Below are positions 57,084-64,000 of a stretch of DNA of 64,000 nt, piece by piece; within the stretch, counting starts at the first letter, position 1, and every line of letters starts with the position of its first letter. This DNA is from Candidatus Eiseniibacteriota bacterium. GTDB taxonomy: Bacteria; Eisenbacteria; RBG-16-71-46; CAIMUX01; VGJL01. The position numbers and the translations under genes were made by a program. Location of the stretch: positions 201,623 through 265,622 of the forward strand of contig JBHGAY010000002.1 of the NCBI GenBank assembly GCA_041946735.1, in the 5' to 3' direction. Below the pieces are notes generated by a model that was not told the DNA's origin, did not search any database, and was given only the letters and a program-made list of their open reading frames with translations.

Positions 57084-58742
57084 TCAGGCGAGACCCGCGA
57101 GCCGGTCGAGACGTTCGCCCCAGACGATCCTCTGGCGAAGCGGCCAGGACTCGGGCACGCCGTACGCGATCCCTTCGAGCGCGACGGAGATCTGATGATC
57201 GGTCCCCTCCCACCACACGGACAGGAAGAGCATCTCCGGCTCCTCCAGCTCGAGGGAGAGCCCGATCTCGGGAGACAGCATCGCGAAACGTCCGCCGAGA
57301 ACCGTGCCGTCGGGCAGCTTGACACGGATGGCGCCGTCGTCACGCGCGTCGAGGGCGACGACCGCGCCGAGCCAGGAGGCGAGCCCCTCCGAGGTGGTCA
57401 GGCGCGCGACCGCGTCGGAGGCGGACAGCTGCAGACGCCGCCGGAGCAGGAAGCTGCGGCGCGGTCCCCGTCCGTACTCGCGGAGGTAGACGTCCAGCAG
57501 GCTGAGGAAGGAGCGCCATCCCGCCTCGTGGGCCGCGCGCTCCCCCTCGCCGACGTCGTCGCCCGGGAATCCCGTGTGGCGCAGCGACACCTGCGTCGAG
57601 GAGCCGTCGACCCCCGCCGGAGCGAGCTGGATCGAGAGCGTGGTCGTGGCATGCAACGCCGCGACTTCCCAGCGCAGCCGCAGCCGCTCCCCCGGAGCCA
57701 GGTCCTCCACGACCCCGCGGTTCTCGCCGTATCCGGTCCAGAGAAACGCGAAGGGATGGTCGACACTCGCGGTGAACTCCGCGCGATCGCAGAACCAGCC
57801 GATCAGCCGGCCCGGATCGGTGAAGCAGCGATACGTTTCGGCCGGATCGGCCAGGACGATCTGCGTGAGCGCGATCGACCCGCTCCCTTGCGCTTCCTTC
57901 GCCGCGACCGGCCGCTCGATCGCCTCCCGCAGGCGCGCGAACCGCGCCTCCCATGTGGCGAGCACGCGCGCGCGATCCCCTTCGTCGATGCCGTAGGAGC
58001 GTTGCGTGAGCGTCATCATGCATCCGGCCGCCGTCGGCCAGAAGGAGAGGCCGAGGAGGCTGCGCACCCCATTCTCCTCCCAGACGAGGCGCAGGTGACG
58101 GCCGGGGAGGAAGGTGCGGATCGTCCCGCGCGCCTCGCCCCCCTCGCGCAGCCGGAACTCGAAGTCGCTCCCGGCGGCGGGATCGAGAAACGCCTCGCGC
58201 GCAAGCCAGGTCACGAGGCACGAAGGAGCGACCCAGTAGAGGTTCGCCCGCTCCCGGCTCGCGAGCAGCGGCTGCTCGATGCGCGCGTAGAACGGCTTGC
58301 CGCCGGTTCCCTCCTCCACCTCGAAGCGGAGGTTCTCGAGCACCTTGTCCCATTCGAGCGCGATCATGTCGATCCGCGAGGCCGGCCAGTCCTCCCGCTC
58401 CGGGAAGCCGGAATGGCGGAAGCGCACCGCGGTGCGCTCGTCCTCCTCGTCCTCCAGATCGAAGGAGGCGGTCGTCTCGATGCCATCCCGCTCCATGAAC
58501 CAGGAGAGGACGAGGCGGCGGTCCTGCTCGATCTCGAGGATCTCTCCCTGCGCGACGGCCGGAACCGCCGTGTCCTTCCACTCGATCCGATAGGAGGATC
58601 CGCGCGTCGGCGTCCAGCGCACGTTCGCGTACATCCAGCGGGACAAACCCGCGGGATCGAGCAGCGAGCGGAAGACCGTGGCGCGGCTTGCGTGGATCAG
58701 GACGCAGCGCTCGACGGAGCGGGTCAGCGGCTCGGTGGTCAT
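57084..58742 (-). CDS. protein with about four tandem SRPBCC/AHSA1 domains
   Basis: Repeated units: LDPAGLSRWM, APSCLVTWLA, TDPGRLIGWF, TTSEGLASWL, each with a closing W-containing helix. Confidence 0.8.
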   Translation of the reverse strand: MTTEPLTRSVERCVLIHASRATVFRSLLDPAGLSRWMYANVRWTPTRGSSYRIEWKDTAVPAVAQGEILEIEQDRRLVLSWFMERDGIETTASFDLEDEEDERTAVRFRHSGFPEREDWPASRIDMIALEWDKVLENLRFEVEEGTGGKPFYARIEQPLLASRERANLYWVAPSCLVTWLAREAFLDPAAGSDFEFRLREGGEARGTIRTFLPGRHLRLVWEENGVRSLLGLSFWPTAAGCMMTLTQRSYGIDEGDRARVLATWEARFARLREAIERPVAAKEAQGSGSIALTQIVLADPAETYRCFTDPGRLIGWFCDRAEFTASVDHPFAFLWTGYGENRGVVEDLAPGERLRLRWEVAALHATTTLSIQLAPAGVDGSSTQVSLRHTGFPGDDVGEGERAAHEAGWRSFLSLLDVYLREYGRGPRRSFLLRRRLQLSASDAVARLTTSEGLASWLGAVVALDARDDGAIRVKLPDGTVLGGRFAMLSPEIGLSLELEEPEMLFLSVWWEGTDHQISVALEGIAYGVPESWPLRQRIVWGERLDRLAGLA

Positions 58743-58752
58743 TCGACCTCCC

Positions 58753-59160
58753 TCAGGGGACGTCCGCGCTGTAGTTGAAGGAGCGGACGGTGTCCCCTTC
58801 GAAACGGATGTACAGATCCCGCGTGCGGCTCTGTCCTCCGAAGAGGCTGATCTTCGCGGCCAGATAGGTCCAGGTCGAATCGCCGTCCTCGATGCCGCGC
58901 CGGTAGGGCCGTCCGAATCGCGACAGCAGCTCCCCCTTCGTCGTCTTCCCGATCTGGATCTCGTGGACGCGCTCCGACGGGAAGTCGCGCCCGATCGTCG
59001 CGCACCCGGCGGCGGCGATCGTGAGGAGCGTGGCAGCGAGGGCGCCGACGCGCCGGGGCGAATGCAGGCTCAGCCTCAGGTTCAGCCTCAGGCTCGGGCT
59101 CGGGCTCAGGCGCTGGCGAACGAGGCGCGCCGGATGGCAGGCGGGCCCGTATCGGAGCAT
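58753..59160 (-). CDS. SmpA/OmlA (BamE-like) lipoprotein
   Basis: AAGC lipobox; IQIGKTTKGELLSRFGRP..TWTY..LYIRF. Start uncertain. Confidence 0.75.
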   Translation of the reverse strand: MLRYGPACHPARLVRQRLSPSPSLRLNLRLSLHSPRRVGALAATLLTIAAAGCATIGRDFPSERVHEIQIGKTTKGELLSRFGRPYRRGIEDGDSTWTYLAAKISLFGGQSRTRDLYIRFEGDTVRSFNYSADVP

Positions 59161-59322
59161 CGGCATCCTCCTCTGGCTCTGCGTCTGCAACATCTTTTGT
59201 CCGGAAGGCTTAGCGCGTATGTCGGCGAGTTCGCAGCCTACCAGACCGCTTTCACGGCGGTCAAGCGAGCCGGCACGAACGCTTTCTTTGGATAGTCGAA
59301 GCCTCTGCCGATAACGAGAGCG

Positions 59323-60351
59323 ATGGATCGCAAGAGCTGCCCGCCCGCGAGCGGGATGGTCGAAGCCTTCGCCACTCCCACGCCGCCCGGGCGGTCGGAG
59401 CCGCGGCTTCTCTGCGGCGCCGCCGCGCCCGTGCGCCGCATCGCGATCTCGCCTTGTGGCCGGTACGTCGCTGCGGGCCTCGAGACCGGCTCGTTGCGCC
59501 TGTTCGACCTGCGCGTCGAATCGTCCCGCATGGTTCTCGAGGGGCACGTGCAGAGGATCGAGGCGCTCGCGTTCGAGGACCAGGGAGTCCTCCTCGCCTC
59601 GGCGTCGGCCGACGGGACGGTCCGCTTCTGGGACCATCGAAGCGGCCGCTGCTGCAGGATCCTCCAAGCCCACCCCTTCCCCGTGACCGCGATGGCGCTC
59701 ACCGCGTCCGCCGACCGGCTCGCGACAGGCGACGGCGACGGGACGATCAAGGTGTGGGACACGCAGCCGTCGAAGGTGCGTCTCGTCCTGAAAGGTTGTG
59801 AGGACGGCGTCGCGGGGCTCGCCTTCGATCCCGGCGGCAAGCTCCTCTATGCGGGCGACGGCAAGGGGACGGTCCGCTCCTTCGCCCTTCCCGGCGGGCG
59901 CCTTCTCGCGGAGTACGCCGCGATGCATCGCGGTCCGATCCTCGCGTGGGCAGTCGCCTCCGATCGGGAGCGATTCGCGACGGCAGGACGCGACGGCCGC
60001 ATCCGGCTCTGGACGACGCGTGACGGCCGCTGCGCCCAGACGCTCTCGATCGGCAGCCGGCCGGTCCTCGCGCTCGCCCTCTCGGCTCGCCCGGCTCGCG
60101 TCGCCGTCGTCGACTCCGCCGGCCGCCTCGCCTGCCTCGACGCCACCGCTTCGCCGCCCGCGCGCCTGTTCAGCGGCCAGCTTCCGCCGCCGCGCGACGC
60201 CTCGGCGATCGGCCTCGTCTTCGATCACGCGAGCGGCCGCATCGGCTCGGGCGGCCCGGACCGCGGCGTCCGCCTCTGGGATCCGCGGGCGGCATCCGGA
60301 ACCGCCAGGGCGACCGCTTCCGCCAACGCCGGCGCCACCGTCGGCGACTGA
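59323..60351 (+). CDS. WD40-repeat protein
   Basis: GH..ASASADGTVRFWD, GDGDGTIKVWD, AGRDGRIRLW, DRGVRLWD. Confidence 0.9.
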   Translation: MDRKSCPPASGMVEAFATPTPPGRSEPRLLCGAAAPVRRIAISPCGRYVAAGLETGSLRLFDLRVESSRMVLEGHVQRIEALAFEDQGVLLASASADGTVRFWDHRSGRCCRILQAHPFPVTAMALTASADRLATGDGDGTIKVWDTQPSKVRLVLKGCEDGVAGLAFDPGGKLLYAGDGKGTVRSFALPGGRLLAEYAAMHRGPILAWAVASDRERFATAGRDGRIRLWTTRDGRCAQTLSIGSRPVLALALSARPARVAVVDSAGRLACLDATASPPARLFSGQLPPPRDASAIGLVFDHASGRIGSGGPDRGVRLWDPRAASGTARATASANAGATVGD

Positions 60352-60497
60352 GCTGCGTCGCCCCGCCGGCGTCCTCCCCGATCGAGCCTCCGACTGAACC
60401 TTCCGATTGAGCCCCCACGCGCCGCGCCGATCTGTGGCATCCTTGCGTCTCCCCATCCTCGAGGAGGAACGAGGAAGGGCAGGAGGAGGGAGAAGCG

Positions 60498-61766
60498 TTG
60501 AAGCGCAGTCCGATCCAGGCGGTCAAGGGAACGCGGGACTTCTACCCCGAGCTGATGGCCCAGCGGTCCTGGCTCTACGAAAAGATCCGCGCGGTCTCGC
60601 GCCGCTTCGGATACCAGGAGTACGAGGGGCCGATCCTCGAGGCGATCGCGCTCTACGCGGCGAAGAGCGGCGACGAGCTGGTGAAGGAGCAGGCGTTCGT
60701 GCTGAAGGACCGAGGGGGCGACGAGCTCGCGATGCGCCCCGAGCTGACCCCCACTCTCGCCCGCATGGTCGCCGCGCGCCAGGCGCAGCTCCCGCGCCCG
60801 ATCCGCTGGTGGTCGTACGGCCCGTTCTGGCGCTACGAGCGCCCGCAGAAAGGGCGGACGCGCGAGTTCTTCCAGTGGAACATCGATCTCCTCGGGACCG
60901 AGGATCCGCGAAGCGATGCGGAGCTCCTCGCCGTCGCCGCCTCCTTCTTCCTCGAAACGGGACTGACGAAGGACGAGATCGTCCTGCAGGTGAACAATCG
61001 CCGGCTGATGGACGGCGCCCTCGCCCGAATCGGCATCGCGACCGGCGGGGAAGCGAAGAAGAGCGTCTTCCGGCTGATCGACAAGCGCGACAAGCTGCCG
61101 CCGGACGCCTGGCGCGAGTACGGCCTGAGCCTCGGGCTCTCCGAGGCGCAGATGGACGCGCTCGGCCGCCTGCTCACCGACGGCGATCTGTGGCGCGCGT
61201 CGGAGGAGCTGACCGTCCTCTTCGAGATGCTCGAGGGATACGGGGTGCGCGAGATGGTCGCCTACGAGCCGTCGGTGATCCGCGGGCTCGACTACTACAC
61301 CGGGACGGTCTTCGAGGCGCGCGACCGCGCGGGTAGCCATCGCGCGATCCTCGGCGGCGGCCGCTACGACAACCTCGTGGCGGACGTCGGGGGCGACCCG
61401 ATTCCCGGGGTCGGCTTCGCGATGGGCGACGTCGTGGTCTCGCTGCTCCTCGCGGAGCGGGGCAAGCTCCCGTCGTTCGCCCCCGCGCCCGCCCGCGTGC
61501 TCGTCACCGTCTTCTCGCCGGAGATGATGCTCGCCTCGATCCGCGCGGCGAGCGCGCTGCGCAACGCCGGCATCGACGTCGAGCTCTATCCGGAGCCCGC
61601 GAAGATGGCGAAGCAGATCCGCTATGCGGACCAGCAGTCGATCCCCTTCGCCATCGTGATTGGCCCGGACGAGGCGGCCGGCGGAACCGTCGCTCTCAAG
61701 CGGCTCGCGACGGGCGCGCAGGAGCGCCTGACCCTCGAGGAGGCGGCGGCGCAACTCCGCCTTTAG
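60498..61766 (+). CDS. hisS: histidine--tRNA ligase
   Basis: KGTRDF, RPELTP, RYERPQKGRTREFFQ, RGLDYYTG, GGGRYD. Confidence 0.97.
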   Translation: MKRSPIQAVKGTRDFYPELMAQRSWLYEKIRAVSRRFGYQEYEGPILEAIALYAAKSGDELVKEQAFVLKDRGGDELAMRPELTPTLARMVAARQAQLPRPIRWWSYGPFWRYERPQKGRTREFFQWNIDLLGTEDPRSDAELLAVAASFFLETGLTKDEIVLQVNNRRLMDGALARIGIATGGEAKKSVFRLIDKRDKLPPDAWREYGLSLGLSEAQMDALGRLLTDGDLWRASEELTVLFEMLEGYGVREMVAYEPSVIRGLDYYTGTVFEARDRAGSHRAILGGGRYDNLVADVGGDPIPGVGFAMGDVVVSLLLAERGKLPSFAPAPARVLVTVFSPEMMLASIRAASALRNAGIDVELYPEPAKMAKQIRYADQQSIPFAIVIGPDEAAGGTVALKRLATGAQERLTLEEAAAQLRL

Positions 61767-61998
61767 CGGCGCAGCTCGGCGCATGTAGCACTGCAGCACC
61801 TCCTCTGGCGGCGCACGGCCTCTCAGTGCGGGCAGGCGCGCGCCCGTTCGCCCGTACGCCGCCCTGCCGGCCGGCTGCTCCCCGCGGCCCCGCCGTTTCG
61901 CGCTTGCCCCCATTCTCCCCGCGTGCGCTTTTCGTCCTTCCCATCGTTTCCCGTGTGAGACCGCCGCAGATGGCCGTCCGCACCCAGGGAGGGACAAC

Positions 61999-62622
61999 GT
62001 GAAACTCGACTCGACCACGCCCGCGAATCGGATCGTCGGCCGCCGCGCGCGCTTGGGCGTCCGCGCCGCGCTCGCGCTTCTCGCCGCAGCTTCGCTCTCG
62101 TCGCCATCGCACGCCTACGAGATCGTCTGGTGGACGATCGACGGCGGCGGCGGCACGAGCGCCGCGCCCGGCTCCTACTCCATCTCGGGCACCATCGGTC
62201 AGTTCGACGCCGGCCCGCCAGCGCCGATGGCCGGCGGCGTGTGGGGACTCGCCGGCGGATTCTGGTGCGGAGGGATGACGGTGACGACCGACGTCGGCGA
62301 CGACGCGGAAGGGTCGGATCCCGGCACGGGCGCGCCGCCCAGCGCCGTCTTTCGCGCCTATCCGGGTTCGCCGAATCCCTTCCGGGCCACGGCGACCCTC
62401 TCCTTCGACCTGCCGAGCCCGCAACCGGTCCGGCTCGCGATCTACGACGTGTCGGGGCGGCTCTGCCGCACCCTCAACGACGGCGCGCTCCCGGCCGGGC
62501 ATCACGATCTCGCGTGGGACGGGCGCGACGCGGCCGGCCAGACGGTCGCGACCGGCATCTACTTCGTGACGCTCGAGACTCCGGCCGGCTCGCACCGCGA
62601 GAAGCTCGTCAAGGTCCGGTGA
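61999..62622 (+). CDS. secreted protein with TIDGGG/SGTIGQ motif and C-terminal FlgD-Ig domain
   Basis: Signal peptide; WWTIDGGGG..YSISGTIGQFDAG..GGFW; PNPF..IYDVSGR..WDGRD..GIYF. Confidence 0.85.
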   Translation: MKLDSTTPANRIVGRRARLGVRAALALLAAASLSSPSHAYEIVWWTIDGGGGTSAAPGSYSISGTIGQFDAGPPAPMAGGVWGLAGGFWCGGMTVTTDVGDDAEGSDPGTGAPPSAVFRAYPGSPNPFRATATLSFDLPSPQPVRLAIYDVSGRLCRTLNDGALPAGHHDLAWDGRDAAGQTVATGIYFVTLETPAGSHREKLVKVR

Positions 62623-62700
62623 GGCCGCTCCCGATGATTCCCATCGCACGAGTCAAAAACCAGCACGCGGGCAGTCCGTCCCGCGAGGAAGGAAAGCACC

Positions 62701-63816
62701 ATGCAGCGCAAATCGGATCTCCTCCGGTGGACGACGAGGACCGCGACCCTCTTCGGCATGCTGACCGCGTGCCTTCTCGCGGGCGCGGCTGCGCCCACGC
62801 CCGCGCAGGCCGCGCCGTTCACCTACCAGGGACAGATCACGGAGAACGGGCTCCCTTCGGCCGGCCCGGTCGATCTCCGCTTCCGGATCTACACGAGCCA
62901 GAACGGCGACATCGTCCTGGACACGGTGTACGTCGACGACGTGGCCTTGGACGAAGGCCGCTTCACCGCGCAGCTCACCTATGGCCAGATCTTCTTGGTC
63001 CCCGACCGCTGGATCGCGATCGGCGTCCGGCCCGGCGATGTGTCCAACGGTGATCGCAGCGAGGCGAGCTACACGGAACTCTCCCCACGCCAGCAGATCA
63101 CCCCAACCCCGTACTCGTTCCTGGCGGACAGGGCGAGGGAGCTGAAGCTTCCCGTCGACCAGTCGGAGAACATCGCCGGCGCCGCGGTGCGGATCCGCAA
63201 CGACGTGGGCGTCGCGATCTCGGCCAATTCGAGCGAGTACGTCGGGCTCTCCGCGTCCACCGAGAGCGGAACGGCGATCGTCGCGCAGTCGACCACCGGC
63301 TGGGCGGGAAACTTCATCGGCCCGCTCCACACGAGCGCCCGCCTCGCCATCAACTACGCATCGCCGACGACCTTCAAGATCGCGTGCAACGGTGATGCCG
63401 CCAAGCCGGGTGGAGGATCGTGGTCGGTCCTGAGCGACGCTCGGCTCAAGCGGAACATCCAGCCGCTGCACGGCGCGCTCGATCGCGTTCTTGGGCTGCG
63501 CGGCGTCACGTTCGAGTACACCGACGAGGCGGCCGAGCGAGGCCTCGCCCTCCCCGGCGAGCAGATCGGCTTGATCGCCCAGGAGGTCGAGAAGGTGTTC
63601 CCCGACTGGGTCGGCCAGGACGAGGACGGGACGAAGTACGTGACGGAGCACGGCACCACCGCGCTGTTCGTGGAGGCGCTGCGCGAGCTGCGCAACGAGA
63701 AGGGGCTGGGCGGCGCGGAGGCGCTCGAGCAGCTCGGCCGCCAGGCGGCAGAGATCGAGGAGCTGAAACGGCAGGTCGCGGAGCTGAAGCAGATGCTCGG
63801 ACAGGCGGCGCGCTGA
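62701..63816 (+). CDS. secreted fibre-like protein with C-terminal peptidase S74 (intramolecular chaperone) domain
   Basis: Signal peptide; FTYQGQI..DLRFRIY..LSPRQ..PY; SDARLKRNI, GLIAQEVEKVFP, coiled-coil end. Confidence 0.87.
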   Translation: MQRKSDLLRWTTRTATLFGMLTACLLAGAAAPTPAQAAPFTYQGQITENGLPSAGPVDLRFRIYTSQNGDIVLDTVYVDDVALDEGRFTAQLTYGQIFLVPDRWIAIGVRPGDVSNGDRSEASYTELSPRQQITPTPYSFLADRARELKLPVDQSENIAGAAVRIRNDVGVAISANSSEYVGLSASTESGTAIVAQSTTGWAGNFIGPLHTSARLAINYASPTTFKIACNGDAAKPGGGSWSVLSDARLKRNIQPLHGALDRVLGLRGVTFEYTDEAAERGLALPGEQIGLIAQEVEKVFPDWVGQDEDGTKYVTEHGTTALFVEALRELRNEKGLGGAEALEQLGRQAAEIEELKRQVAELKQMLGQAAR

Positions 63817-64000
63817 CGAGCGACGGCCATCCGCACGCAGGACAGCGCGGCGGGGCGCTCGCGTCGCCGCGCCTCCTTCTCTCCTCGCCGCGCCTCCATC
63901 CCTCGTCGCGTCGCCCCTCCTTCCGTCCTCGCTGCGCCTCCCTCCCGCCGCGCCGCCTTCCCGTCTCGCCCCTCGCCCTCGCCCTCCCCCTCCCCCGCGC

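Noticed and set aside
62701..63816. Prophage tail gene
   Set aside because: It has a Sec signal peptide, and no phage structural, integrase or lysis genes occur in the window.

Overview
High-GC bacterial chromosomal window, densely coding, with no rRNA, tRNA, CRISPR array, transposase or integrase detected. Several secreted proteins end in FlgD-Ig/T9SS-CTD-like domains and one ends in an 'SWGxxKxxYR' tail; from this I infer an FCB-group lineage such as Ca. Eisenbacteria or a Latescibacterota relative (not tested). Housekeeping content: aroC, a Zn-dependent glucose dehydrogenase, a GAF histidine kinase with a receiver-PP2C partner, a fluoride riboswitch-DUF190-crcB unit, an Rrf2-sufCBD-Rieske-sufSU-DUF59 operon, a divergent transketolase and hisS. 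Most notable observations: (1) a four-gene membrane module at 24791-28246 that looks like two paralogous pairs with opposite topology; (2) a free-standing structured RNA with its own sigma70 promoter at about 23232-23435; (3) a monocistronic secreted protein with a near-consensus promoter whose SWG...YR tail replaces the FlgD tail carried by a neighbouring protein with the same domain; (4) a UxxC thioredoxin-TPR selenoprotein with a SECIS-like hairpin, truncated in the ORF track; (5) a 95-bp duplication of the crcB 3' end around a 42-bp-period insert; (6) a TIDGGG-FlgD plus FTYQG-S74 fibre gene pair. Family names come from motif recognition by eye, not from database searches.
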